A stretch of DNA of 64,000 nucleotides. It comes from Carcharhinus longimanus (lineage: Eukaryota). The translations under genes were made by a program, and so were the position numbers. The notes beneath the pieces were generated by a model. It saw only the letters and a program-made list of their open reading frames with translations, did no database searches and was not told the origin of the DNA. This document shows positions 24,201 to 38,153 of this stretch, in pieces; the stretch's first letter is position 1; each line of letters opens with the position of its first letter. The stretch covers positions 92,556,898 to 92,620,897 of the forward strand of contig JASCQW010000132.1 in the NCBI GenBank assembly GCA_030264375.1, in the 5' to 3' direction.

Positions 24201-27200
24201 TAAACGCGTGTTGGTTCGGATGTGAGAGCTTGCGGGCTTTCTTCAACGCATATTTTGTTCTTTTTCCCCCCTCCCAGCGCTAGTGATTATTGCCCATGGA
24301 GCTTCAATGCTTCCAAGCTTTCAACACAGATCCCACGGCTGGTAGCTACGAATTCCTCCACGGAAGGTGGAGCATTGGATTAAAAAGAGCCGGCTCGAAT
24401 CCGGAGGGCAGTTTCCTGCAAGTCGTCACCAAACGCCGCTGGCGGAATGGAGAGCCATTGGCCGGGGTTGCAGCTGAACGGACAGCTGTCAAACTAGCAC
24501 GGGCTCTGCACACACTGACACTGGGGCTCAGCAAATACCATACCCGGTCTGTGCAGAGCCCAGGACTGTCAGGCCGAGAGATACACTCAGCAACAAGGTA
24601 AGGCCCACTCGCTCTTCACAGTTTTCCAATTCTGCAAAATTCATTTCTTTAGAAAAATGCCTTCAAACAAAGTTATTGTAACAGCCGCTCTTTAATGATC
24701 TTTGATTTGTCAAAGTTGAAGGATATGATGCAAAAAGTGTCGATCACCTTCGGAATGTGTTAACTCAAGTGTAGAATTGGTTGAGTGTCTATTGAAACTA
24801 ATCTGACCGGTTTTTAGGGGCAGTTTTTAAATCTGTTTTTATTTTTGAAATATACTTGCTTTCAAAAGAGTATGAATAATGCTTTTGACGTCGTGCGTTC
24901 TGGTTGATTTGATCGAGAGCCGTCTTATTCGTTCAAAGTGTTTTGCATAAGGAACCAGATCACATTAAGTAAAACACAATCCTCGATTGCGATTTTAAAT
25001 GTCATGTATGTCAGAGAATACTGAAGGTGCGTCTCGTATTATTGAAAGTTTTTGCAGATTCTAACGGGGTAAAAAAAAACACACATTTCAGTTGCAAACA
25101 AATAATCTGCCGATTGCAGCGATGGCGACGACTCGTCTTACACTGAAAAAGTGATTTATTTCTTTTGAGTCGCCGTTCTTGCATTGCGTAAATTTCGTAT
25201 CAGATGCGGTGTATTTTAACACCATTTTTATCGTTAGCTTCGAAACTTATCTGGGAACAAACAAATGTACATCGTGCATTGATGCAAATTAGCTGGCGTT
25301 TATCTAGGTGTCGTGATTGCAAGTTATTTGTGTTTATTTTGTGTGCTGATTCTGCTCAAGGATGAAAAATGATCAAACACATCGTATTTCGGGTGTGAGC
25401 ATGTAAATGTGTCTTATTGTTTTTATTTAACGCGTAGGTTGTCTTTCTGACACTGAGACACTTAGCCCCGACTGACTGCGAATGTGTGTTCGCGTGGATA
25501 TTGATATTTGCTCTCCTTTTTGAACTCGTTGCTGCCACCGTGCGTTTGGAGTGTGGGCGAACTTGCGTTGCTGCTGCATAGCGTCTCTCCTGGTCATGTG
25601 TTGCTGATGAAATGGTTGACTTGCATTCTTAAATTAACCATTCTATGTGTTGCTTTGTGGCCTTACTCAGTAGTCAACAATTTGCTTTCATAATATCAGG
25701 ATTTACTGAATTTGATTGAAGTGGCATTTGGAGCGGAAAACCATTCTTTAGCTATTAAATGTCTGTAACTATGGGTTTTGCGCATGGAAACGAATGATTA
25801 CCCCCTGTACACTCAGTATATCACTAAGGTTGTATTGGGTCTTTGAATGGAAAATTAGTATGGCTGCAATACATGTCTGCAAATAGTTCTGTTTTGGCTC
25901 TCATCAATCGTAAATAAATAGTTAATATTTATGAAAAAAGTGAGAAGGTAAAATATGCGTATTTGTGATTAAGTAATTACATTTCTAAGTCATAGTTGGC
26001 GATGCAGTCAGAAATATTAAACCCGTTCGCTGTGAATCTACGAAGTCTCCTTGATGATATGCTTAAACTGTAGTAATAACCCATATTTGTGATGTCAAAG
26101 AGTTTTTATAGCTGTTGTTTTCTGGAATAAGAGCGAAATAAACATGAATTCGAATTTAACGAAGAGTTTGAATTAACCCTGAAATTTGAAATAAATGGCA
26201 ATACAGTGTCGTCCATGAATCGAGCGTTTAATAGATAGGCCCGTTTTCCGGTCTTAAAGCACTGCAGACTTATTTTCATCTCTTAAAATGCAACTATGAT
26301 TACCCCGAGACTGCAAATAATATTGATCATTTAAACACGTCAAGGAATGCGGCTCCGGAAGGTGTTACAGCCACTACAAAGCAATTAGAAGATTTATACT
26401 GTTTCCCTGTAATAGTTGTAGTTTCAAAACCAGGATATGAGCACAGCTATAAGTAATATAAAGAACCAGATGGTTTCTAACTTGAAACAAGGCCTCGCAA
26501 TTCACAATTTGAAAGAAGACATGTTATTTCATCTCAGGAGAATGAAATCGAGTGGATGAGGTGTGTGTTTAAATGCTGCCATTTTGTAAAATCTTTCTTA
26601 ATCAGTCAAATACACAAATGGCTGCAAACTAAATTCCAGTTTTATTTCACCAGCCAAGGGAAATTAGATTTGCTGTTACTAATTAGGCTGCACCAGTCCT
26701 GATCACCAGAGGAACAAATAAGACTTAAGCCAGAAAATTCTTTCTTATTAACGACATAATTAAATCTATTTTACACACTTGTGGATTTTACAATATTGCA
26801 GCTTTGTTTGGTTTTATTCCCCTAAAATGATTGGCATGCCCTTATTTCAACGATGCCAAAATTCAATGCACTACATTCCAGCTTCTATCTTTGACGATAT
26901 TTTATTTTGTATTATCATTAGGAAGTTTTTGCTGTCTGCACGGAAATACAAATACGTCAACGGAAAGAATAAATCGCAACGGTTGTATTGTAATCTTTCG
27001 CAGGCCATTTCCTAATTAATCGGAATCTTGAGTGGAAGGACAATTAATTGGTGCTGTATTTTCTGCAGAAGCAAATTTGCTTTCAAAAATGATTTCTAAA
27101 ATATATGATCAAAGCACATTAGAGATGTAATGATTCAAATTGCTTTGTGTTGTTTTCCATCTCAGCGATGAATACAGATCGAGTTGTTGTTTGATACCTT

Positions 27201-29527
27201 CTATTAGCTCCTTAGTAGCCATTTGCCCCAGTCTGTGTGTTCCTGCTCTAATTATATTGCCTTGTTTTCTCCAGTTTTCCTGAGACACGATGCAGCAGCA
27301 TTTGTGAGTGGTTATTGGTGATTCCACCTAATTGGAAAATAATGACTGTGCTTTAAACGTTGCCCTTTTGTTCATCTTTTAATATCACCTTTTGCTCATC
27401 TGTTTTTCTGTTATTTGCACCATACCAACTTGTGAGAAGATTCTCCATTATACGTGTGGAGCATTTGTGGGGGCTTCATCTTCAAACCTTCACTTTTGTG
27501 TCCTGGACGTGATGAATAAACGAAAACCAAAGATAAAACGTAAAGAAAGCATAAACAGCAAAGATGAGAAAACTTCGAATTTATTAAAATGCAAGGTACA
27601 ATTGGGGGAAAAAAAAGCACACATTGCAATGCATGGTTAGAGGCTATAGGGCTGAAACTGAGGAAAGCGGCAAGCGTCGGCCTTAATAAGAGGGTTGGAG
27701 ACTGGCGTGTTCGTGCTCGTTTTCCTCCATAATTGTGCTGCATTTATACTCACAATTCGAATAGAAAAGGGCTTTTGATTTCGACCAGCTTTCAGTTTGT
27801 TTTTAGTCAGTCTATAATTAGGAAAGAGAGACAGGTATAAGATTTCAGGACTGAAAATTAACCCACTTGAGGCATTTTAACAACTTGCAATCAATGAGGT
27901 AGCATCCATCCCAAATAAACATTTCTAACGTTCAAAAATACAAAATTGTCCGACGACTAAACAACCGCATTCACCACTTCACCCTCATTCCTTATCATTG
28001 CCTCTAATTGGCACGTTTCGACTTCGGTCATGGGTGCTGTAGCAATGTTTATTCAAGTGCTTAAATATTTCTCCTGCAAAAATAAACACATATTCCTCAT
28101 TAATATATATGTGTGTTGTTTGCAGTACCCTTGGTATTTCAGTATGTGATGTAACCATTGTTGACAGGAAAGGAAAACTAACGAGATAATGAGATCTTTA
28201 GCAAGGAGCCTTTGGCTTCCGTCCTTCCACTACGATCTGATGCCGCGCTTAGGGCGCAGTAAATGCTCTGTTATTCCAAAACACAAATGTCTCCATTGAG
28301 ATGTTCAAAAATGTCTAATTATTCCAAAAGAAACATTCCACTATTTTATGGTCGATAAAACCTTAACACTGTGCAATTATGGAAAATCGAAGTTGGGATT
28401 TGGGGAATATTAGAGAATTTCAATCATATACAATTAAAACAACATTCTGATGGAAGGGAGCCACATACAGGCTTATCCAATATAAAGTCGAGCCTCTGCA
28501 GGTCGTTTGGCCGTTTAAACAAACCCGGTGAACGTTGGCTAAATACTTTTTTCTGGAAGTATTATGGCGTTTGTGTACTAAATGCACATGTGTATGCATG
28601 CATGCTTTAATGAAGAGTGCTAGTGCAATAACAATTACTCCTACACACAATTACTGTGAGATCCTTTCAAAGCTGAGATAACCGCGTTGCGCTCCACAGT
28701 TGGGATTTTCTTTATAAGAATATCAAAATTAAATCTATAAATCATTTCCCTGAATATATACTCTTGCTACCAGGTTATTTCTGTTTATTTTGTCAGTATA
28801 AATGTACTGAGTACAACACTTAGGAACCCTTGATATTGTGGGTCTCTGTAGTTGCAGACGCTATTGTTCTTTACCGAGTTGAAAATGGATAGAGATTCAT
28901 ATTATGGAGGGACTGATGTCTGATTATTCTCATCTAGTCTTCACAAGCTAGCAAATAAAATGTTGTGCTTGTAAGATGACATATACAAATGGAAAAAGAA
29001 TGAATAAAAATGCTCAATCCTTGCAACGGTTATTTACCTATCTAAACTACTCTGTGAGTCTACATAGAACGCACAGCTACAGAACTAGAGATTTGTTGAT
29101 TTATTTCTACGTACCCTCTATTTTCTATCATCTATCTTCTAATCACTGTTGATCCAGTTATTGTTGGATGCGTAATGCACAGTCACATTTCCCTATGTGA
29201 GGTTATATGGAATAAGTATGTATAACTATAGCCTGTAACCTAATAGTGTTCTTATTGGGTCACTAATATTCCATTAAAACCACCTCTGTTATAGTTCAGA
29301 ACTGATTTGGTTGTTTGTAACTTTGCTAGCTCAGTCGCCGGATCTCCAGGGAGTTTTTTGAACCAAAGTCGGTTTCTATTGGCCAGAGACTGATCAGCTG
29401 GTTATATTTGCTGCTGTCGCTTTGGCGCTCGGCCATCCTGAAACAAACCACCTCGATGACTACTAATAGCTAAACCACATTGTGTACTAATACATAACAA
29501 ATCATATTACTACAGAGTGTGGAGCAA

Positions 29528-29957
29528 ATGAGTTCGTATTTTGTGAACCCTACTTTCCCTGTTTCACTGCCCAGTGGCCAGGACTCCTTCCTCGGACAGA
29601 TCCCACTCTATACAACGGGGTATGATGCTCTAAGGCACTTTCCTGCTTCCTATGGGGCAGCGACGCTCCAGGATAAGAGTTACTCGTCACCTTGTTATTA
29701 TCAACAATCCAACTCAGTAATAGCTTGCAATCGAGCATCGTATGAGTATGGGGCTTCGTGTTTCTATCCTGAAAAGGATCTAACCAGTGTCTCGCCATCC
29801 GGTAGTGGAAAGCATAGAGCCCAGGATGACTTCTTTTCCTCAGACCAACATTACAAAACAGATTGTGCGCAAAACAAAATTTTAAGTGAAGATGGAAACG
29901 ACCGGAAGTACAGTACTCCAATTTATCCTTGGATGCAACGAATGAATTCGAGTTCTA
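29528..29957 (+). CDS. hoxa6: HoxA6 exon 1
   Basis: [28 protein letters not shown]...[15 protein letters not shown]...[10 protein letters not shown]; donor A|GTGAGT at 29957/29958. Confidence 0.96.
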
Positions 29958-30018
29958 GTGAGTATTTACAGTAGAAAATGGTAAATTAAACTTGACACAT
30001 AGTTTAAACTTTACGTAA

Positions 30019-30405
<387 letters not shown>

Positions 30406-32100
30406 GAGCGCGAATTTGAAAGAAGTTAGTCTGGGCCTTTCTATTTGGTAGTGAGTTCTTATGTGCTTATTCTGCCAAACAGGACAGACAACAATATTTG
30501 CATTTCTTTTTGTTTTCGTTGCCCCTCTCTTTGAGTTTGTGTCATTGTATAAGTGGTAGAGGAAGTGTTCAAATAGCTCTGCATTCCACAGGATACTATA
30601 ACTATACGGTGTTTAGGATTAATTGTTTTCCAATTGCGAAGTGTGAATGTTTCTGCTTCTATAGTCGTTACTATGTGATAATTTACTCCACAAATAGTAT
30701 CCCAATTGTTTCAATGGTTAGTTTTAGATATTATTTGACTCTTCAAATAATGAGCGCAGTGGGTATCACCATTTGCTATTGATAAATATTGTATTGTATG
30801 TGTCAATATTTTTACCGTATTAGTTCTTTTTGTTTTGTGTTGTCAAATTGAGAGGCCGTAGTGTTCAGTCAGCTTGTGCCATGTTTTCTCTACCAAGAGA
30901 AACATTTATATTTGCTTATGACTTGACAGCTGTAGGATAAATAAAGTCAGCCTAGCAACGCTATCGCTCTTAAACTAAAATTTCGCGAAGAAGATTTTCT
31001 TAAATATATATAAAATATATACAGTAATATATATATAAATAAGCTATCCCATTTCTAAGAGTTTAGCCTTCAGCTAAAGCTGCCGAAAACTTTTTGTATG
31101 AAATAAGCTGTGAAAGGAAACTTAGCACTGTGAAATTGAATCGGTAGATGTCCTTGTTTCAGACAGAAAAAGACAGTATACGTGGTAGGAATGACTATTT
31201 AGTTCCTGGGTCCATTAAATACGGCAATTTTCACCAATAGCATAGCTAACGACATAGCTGAACCCGCGGTTAAATTATGAAACATTCTTCATAATGTTTA
31301 TCCCAGAAAACCGAGAAACAAGTAACGGATATCACATCTCTTGTTTTGATTAGGTGAATGACTATTTGTAAAGTGGACTTTCCTTTGTTAGCTACTGTAT
31401 AGCCTTTCACCCTAATCGAACCAACACAAAACTGTGTGTGAATAAATTGTTTCCATGTAAATGTAGACACAAGACCATGTTTATTTACCAGTGAAAAGGG
31501 GATTCAGCATTTACATGGACCGTGTACGAAAGTAAATGGAACGATTTCAACTCATTTTCAATATACGTGACTTGATTTTTAAGAACGCGAAGATTGCTTT
31601 AATAGTTTAGGGTTGCGATGGCTTCGAAATTTCCACCAATACGTGACTAAACCTTCACTACCATGAGCTATACGGACAAAACAAATTTTTAAAAAGAGTA
31701 GTATGTGAAAGAATTGGCCTTTTGATGTTGCACGATACCGATTTCCCCTCAACAAATCAGCGATGATAACCAAGACGTATGAATACGCTCAATGCATAAT
31801 AATTAAAATTAAATCTGATTTTTTAAAAAAATCAAACCAATTCAGTTACAAGAAAACATCAAGTCCTATTTATAACACTGACAGCGGGCAGCACTTAAAA
31901 AAAACCTGCACTTGAGGATTGAACAAATGTTCCGTTGTCTGGCAAGGATCTTTTTTTTGTTTGAAAGATGCCCTCCACATTGTTTTATGTGATTTATACT
32001 ACGAAATGTAACGGTTACGTTTGAAATGTGTGGTAGCCTTAATTCGACCCGAGGCCGATTACCCCGTTCATCAGAACCACAGGATTCCAAGCCTCAGTCT

Positions 32101-32114
32101 CCAGAGGGTGGCGC
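32101..32114 (+). promoter_or_regulatory. Candidate CTCF site between HoxA6 and HoxA5 (A5|6-type boundary)
   Basis: CCAGAGGGTGGCGC matches 12/14 positions of CCASYAGRKGGCRS, in a small CpG-rich patch about 330 bp upstream of the HoxA5 ATG. Confidence 0.5.
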
Positions 32115-32214
32115 GCAAGGACAACCCAAAGCTGCTGCTGGGAGCCGGCGGCGCGCCCCCGTGCGCGCTCCCCACGCTCTCCCTTCCACGCAACCTTCCC
32201 GCTTGTAGCCACAG

Positions 32215-32433
32215 TGCACGGATTTACCTCTAGAGGTCATCAGCGAGAATTTACGACTGGACAACAAAAGCACGTGATTCTAAGTCGTGCCCCATATTTG
32301 GGCGCCTACGTAGGAGGGAACGAAGTACATGTCCCAGTCATTTCCATAATTCATCATAAATTGTGCAGGGTGCTAGACGCACAAGCGACCAAGAGCCACA
32401 AATCAAGTAAAAATAAATAAATAAAAAAATCAA
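32215..32433 (+). promoter_or_regulatory. HoxA5 ultraconserved promoter / leader
   Basis: ATTTACGACTGGACAACAAAAGCACGTGATTC..CCATATTTGG..CCTACGTAGG..GTACATGTCCCAGTCATTTCCATAATTCATCATAAATTGTGCA. Near-identical to the mammalian HOXA5 promoter as recalled; contains an E-box, a CArG box and CATAAA. Confidence 0.88.
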
Positions 32434-33013
32434 ATGAGCTCTTACTTTGTAAACTCATTCTGCGGTCGCTATCCAAATGGCCCGGACTACCAGTTACATA
32501 ATTATGGAGATCATAGCTCGGTGAGCGAGCAATACAGGGATTCTGCAACGATGCATTCCAGCAGGTACGGCTACGGTTACAATGGGATGGATCTCAGCAT
32601 TAGTCGTCCAGCATCTAACCACTTTAATGCCAGTGAAAGATCTCGAAGCTACTCTGCAGCAGCAACAACAGCAGCAGCAGCAGGACCAGAAGCAGGAGCA
32701 GACACCAGGTACAACCAACCTGCCACATCCACTCAGTCTCCTTCACCTGACCCTCTGCCCTGTTCCGCCGTGGTCAGTCCGCCTGCAAGCGACAACCACC
32801 ACGGAATCAAAAACTCCATAGCAAGCCCAACTACCTCCTCAAATTCCAGCAGCAGCAGCAGTCACATCAGTAGAGATGGGGTTGGCACGTCGCCTGGTAC
32901 TGAGGATGACACCCCGGCAAGCAGCGACCCTCCAAGTTCACAGAACGGGCAAAGCACAGCACAACAACAGCCTCAGATTTACCCCTGGATGCGAAAACTG
33001 CACATAAGTCACG
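32434..33013 (+). CDS. hoxa5: HoxA5 exon 1
   Basis: [37 protein letters not shown]...[14 protein letters not shown]; donor G|GTAAAA at 33013/33014. Confidence 0.97.
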
Positions 33014-33397
33014 GTAAAATCCCTCCTCTCTTCTTTTTGCATTAGTGGAGTCCTAAACTACTCTGGCAAATCAAAACGCTAAATGTACATGTTAATATTT
33101 CTTAATATCTTTGTAAGGATCATTTTTTTTAAGTTGCTACTATATTTGGAACCATATGGGTGGTGGGATATTTGCTAATAAGGTGTCTAGTTACGCATCA
33201 GTAATGTAAGAAGAAATAGGAACTGATAGATAGAAAAAGGTGTGGTTTATTATGGGACAGTTTTGTCCAAGTGGGCACTTTAACATTTAGTTCTAGCTAA
33301 GTTTCTGAAGTCATTTTGTTATTAAGGTCTGGGAGAGAGCGCAGGAGCTAGGCGTAGACATGCCTGGGCTAGATTTCGGTCTTGTGCTTTGAGTTAG

Positions 33398-33733
<336 letters not shown>

Positions 33734-35189
33734 TCAATAGAAGTACTGGGCAGTAGCTGACCAATTAGCATAATGTCAATACAGTACTGACTTCCAAAAC
33801 TCTTTTCCCGTGTTACTTCTATGAAGAAAATCATTTCCATGTTGCCGTATTCCAATCTTTGAATCGTTAGTCTGTTTTCTGGCCGTACTGTTGCCTGTAC
33901 AAGTAATCTGCTTACAGTATATTGTCTAGAAGTAACAACAATGTTGTAGGAGTAGGTTAGCCTTGTGAATTATAGCTGTTTAACTTATTTATATTAATAC
34001 ATGCGGTGTTACTTGAAGTAACTGTATAAAATCGTCCAGTAAAAATGTAATTATGTGTTGCACTCTGCAAAAAAAGTGTATGTGAGTGTTAGTGTTGCTA
34101 AATGTCAAAATAGCTCCAAGCTTGCAATACGTATTTAATTTCAGGCCATCGTCCTCTGTAATTGATATCGTAGTGTTAAATCACTGAGATGCTACCTATT
34201 CTGTGTTATTAGTGACCAGTGAATTTTGTGAAGGATATTGCGACTTTGAACTGTATGTCTATGCTGTGCCTTTGTATGACTTTGCACGAACTCCAATAAG
34301 TGGCTCTTAGCGCAGCGTCAGTGTATGTTTTTTGTGACAAAGGATAAATATAAAACCTAAAAGACTGGAGGTTTAAGAAATTCGTGATGAGCTTTTGTAT
34401 TTGTTTTTAAAACTGACTGGAAGTTAAAATAAAGTTTCTATAGTAACTTTCCTGGACCTTGGCCTCCCAGATTAAGCATTTCTGTTGTTTCTATTGTCCT
34501 GTGAATTAAATTGTTTCGAGGGTTGAGTCCAAAACTTACACTAAAACATTAAGTATATTCTAGTCTGTACAAGTTTGCACCACTCCTCCAGATAGGAATC
34601 TTGCAGTTTGGGCTTACGACAGGCAATCAAGTTGCGCAAATTTATAAAGTCAAAGTTCAATCAATAGATTTTCTAAATTCTTGACCACTGCAAATGTTGG
34701 AATTCAGTAAGAACTGGCAAATGCAGTATTTAAATGCTCTATTGTAATTTGGCATATTTACGCAATTCGTAGTAAATGTGTTCGCCTCTTCTAACTGTAT
34801 TCCATGCGCCCTGTCTGTTGCGCACTTCAACACCGTTTGCTAAACCACACATTTTCCGCAAATGCCCAATTTCTTTGTTGTTGCTGTTGCTCTTCCTGCA
34901 CTTACTCTCACCCCCTTTATAAACATGGTTATTTGGAAACTGGTCTGAGGAAAAAGTGAACCCTGAAGTACTTCAACCACTTTGTTCCGCAGGTAGGCGT
35001 TAGTCACGTTTCCTCAACTCCTCCACCAAAGTGTAGCGTAAACGTTTCCCAACAGGTATTTTTCACTTTATAGAGTTAACTTTACTTACCGCGTGAAGAC
35101 AGGACAGAAAATTCGCCTCTTAGTTCCTGACAGCAAGGGGGATCAGCACTTTTACCCTTTCTGCTTAGTGACTGCTTGTCCTTTAAAGT

Positions 35190-35410
35190 TATAATCAATA
35201 AACTTTTATACACCTCAGTTCCGGCTATATGACATTTGGGTGCCAAATGAATAGGGTTTTGTCTATGAATTAGATCGTAAAATCATCCATAGCACAGACT
35301 GATAGCCTCACTGGCTATAAAAAATCACGTGGTGTCATTAAAGTAAGTTTTATGGTTTTGGGGAGTTGACAACCAACAGTATATTCTACATAACATATAA
35401 TCTCACTGAC
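35190..35410 (+). promoter_or_regulatory. Conserved non-coding element 3' of HoxA5 (enhancer / distal promoter)
   Basis: GACATTTGGGTGCCAAATGAATAGGGTTTTGTCTATGAATTAGATCGTAAAATCATCC...CACGTG...CATTAAAGTAAGTTTTATGGTTTTGGGGAGTTGAC. Cdx/Hox sites and an E-box; resembles mammalian HOXA5-A4 conserved DNA from memory. Confidence 0.7.
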
Positions 35411-38153
35411 GCTGGACTTCATTTGGTTCCTTTGCAGATTGCGTGTGCAGACAGACCACTCAAATGGCTAATTTTCATGTTCAGAGGACTATCCACAGCT
35501 CCACAACTCCAATGTACAGGAAAGTTGTGTTTTCTTGCAAGACAAGGTAAATTTTGTTGAAATATTAACGTTGATGACTTTTCACGAGGAGTTTTGGCCC
35601 AGTGAAATGGGCCTTAAGCAACACCCAGAGTGCACTGAGGCAGAAGCAAGTGTGGGCAAAGTACTTGAGTAGTTTCTTTCTGTGTTCCCAGCTTTTATTT
35701 TACAAGCCAGGTTTTAAAAATGAATGGGTAAAATAGGAACAGAAATAATTTTTTGAAAAGGCTAGTGGTTTCCCATTTTAAAACATCTTATATGTTTAAA
35801 GTTTTTGGGGATATTCAATTGATTTTCATTAAATGTTACTGGCATTGTTCAGTACCTTAATATGTGGAGCAGAACATTCTTAGTCCTTTTCATGGTTTAT
35901 TTACCCGCAGGCTCTGTTGTGTCACTTGTTTATTTGTGTTTTTTTGAGGGGAGTATAATGCCCCTGATATGTGTTGAGAAATATAGATGTTCAGTTGTCT
36001 TAATTATTACGCATTTAGGATAGTTGTAGGACACTGATATTTTAGTGCGTATTGTGCAAGCATTTGCAGCTTATTCTTATTCTATATTATAGCAAAGTCC
36101 CTGTCGTCACACAGGACCGGATTAAGGTATCATTCACTTTATTAGAAACACTATTTTCACATATTAAACCTATCCCCTCCTTATTTTCAGTTTAACTTTT
36201 ATGGCAACAAAAATCATCCTCTTGAGCACGTTATAAATAAATATGTGAACATAACAATCTTAATCCAAATAGCCTCGAATGAGGTATACGTGAGATATAA
36301 ACACTTAAAGTTAAGGAAAAGAGTTAAAACCCGCTTTAAAATACAGCCAGTGGAAGAGTTACTGCAACTTTAAGTCTGACTGCTGTAACACCAACATAGC
36401 TTTTGGTGAATTGCAGGTTTCCCACAGTTGTGACTGACGAACCATAAACTTTATGACCGGCTTTTCATTCTTTGAAGCTTCCGCTAGTCTAGTGTGTATA
36501 TACAGATTCACATGTGTAATTTACTGTTGAAGATAAAGTGTTTCAAAAGAAAAATGCAACATTTCATAAATTTGGAAGACTTGATTATTCCTCTTTTCCC
36601 TATATGGACAAATCCAACTTATAGCATAGGGGGTGGGGATGGCAGTCGGCCACACGTTTAAAAGGGATGATATGGTAGAGAGCAATTACCCTGTAGAATT
36701 TCTACTCAAAACATTCCACTGCAATTAGGCCAATTTTACGATGTGCTATAAAGATCCAACNNNNNNNNNNNNNNNNNNNNNNNNNNNNNNNNNNNNNNNN
36801 NNNNNNNNNNNNNNNNNNNNNNNNNNNNNNNNNNNNNNNNNNNNNNNNNNNNNNNNNNNNTGCTATAAAGATCCAACGGTAATAGAGGAAATCAGCCCCA
36901 ATATCAGTATTGCAGTTCCGGATCGGCCATGTCAAACGCGTCAATCTGTTGTAATTTCCTTTGTATTAGTTTACATTTAAATATGACAGTTTCATATATC
37001 ATCTGTCCAAATCACTTAAATCCTTTTTACAACAAGACAAAACATGTTTTAGTTTCACCCAGTGCTACAGTGGCATCCAGTGTAACATTACATGTCAGTT
37101 ATTAAATTTGAAATTGATGTATTTGTAATTGTTTTCCTAAGCATTAGTGATAACAAGTTATTTCGTTTCACATTGCACAAGGGTCTGTGCTTTTGATGTG
37201 TTTATTTTTCTCGCCGAAAACACTTACATTTTTCTGTCTAAAAAGCGAGACTCCAAAGTGGGGGTGGGGGTTGGGGTGGGTGGATTTAGTGCTGGCGGGG
37301 TACACAATGTATATTCAAAGGATTAAACATGCAAATATTTATTTAAACTGAGTAATCAAAGACGTTACACAGTGTAGATATTCTGTGGGAACCGGTGAAA
37401 ATATAATGTAGTGATGGGGTCCTTTTCAAGAAATCTTGAACTCCCGATCTTTCTTTCATCGACGAGGTAGTTATGCATTCCCCAAACGTAGAGAATGTCT
37501 TGTTTCCATATTTAGTAAACATTTGTTAAGTAAGATGTGTATGGCCGAGGGGTTCAATTATTTCAAGAGAGCTGCATGGAATTGCCTTCCAGAATTTTTT
37601 TTCTATGGTTGGGACTGCCACCTTACATGTATGCAAACTAATGTAGTTTTTTTGGAGGGGGCGGTTATGGGGGTTCGCTTTACAGATGCGTCCTTATGTA
37701 ACTTCTACACTGAAGAAAAACATGATTTGCAGTGTAAAATCCATCTGTTCCATTGGTGAAACATATCTTTTCAACACGTTCCCTAATTTCTGTCACGACA
37801 GTAGGTTTAATCTGAAATTACCGTGATTCACTTTCCCCTCCCAAATCTCTTTTACCATATATAAATCTGATTGGTGGTCTAAATATAAATCTAAGGTCTT
37901 TGATAAGGAGCTATTGCCAACATTTCCAAAGCTATCAGATATCATATTTGTGCCTACCCTTTAACACTCCATCTCATTAATCAGTGTTTAAATATATTTT
38001 TTTAAAAGCTGCTGTGCAAATTTACCAATTCTCTAAAAACATAACGCAGAAAACATATAAGTGTGAAACTAATAAAAAAGTTACGAGGGGTAAAATCAAG
38101 AGGTGGTCGCCATAAAATCTGGAATGTGACGTGCTTACGTTTCGTCTGTGTTA

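Noticed and set aside
32494-32821. Poly-Q and poly-C ORFs overlapping HoxA5
   Set aside because: Alternative-frame and antisense readings of the GCA repeat.
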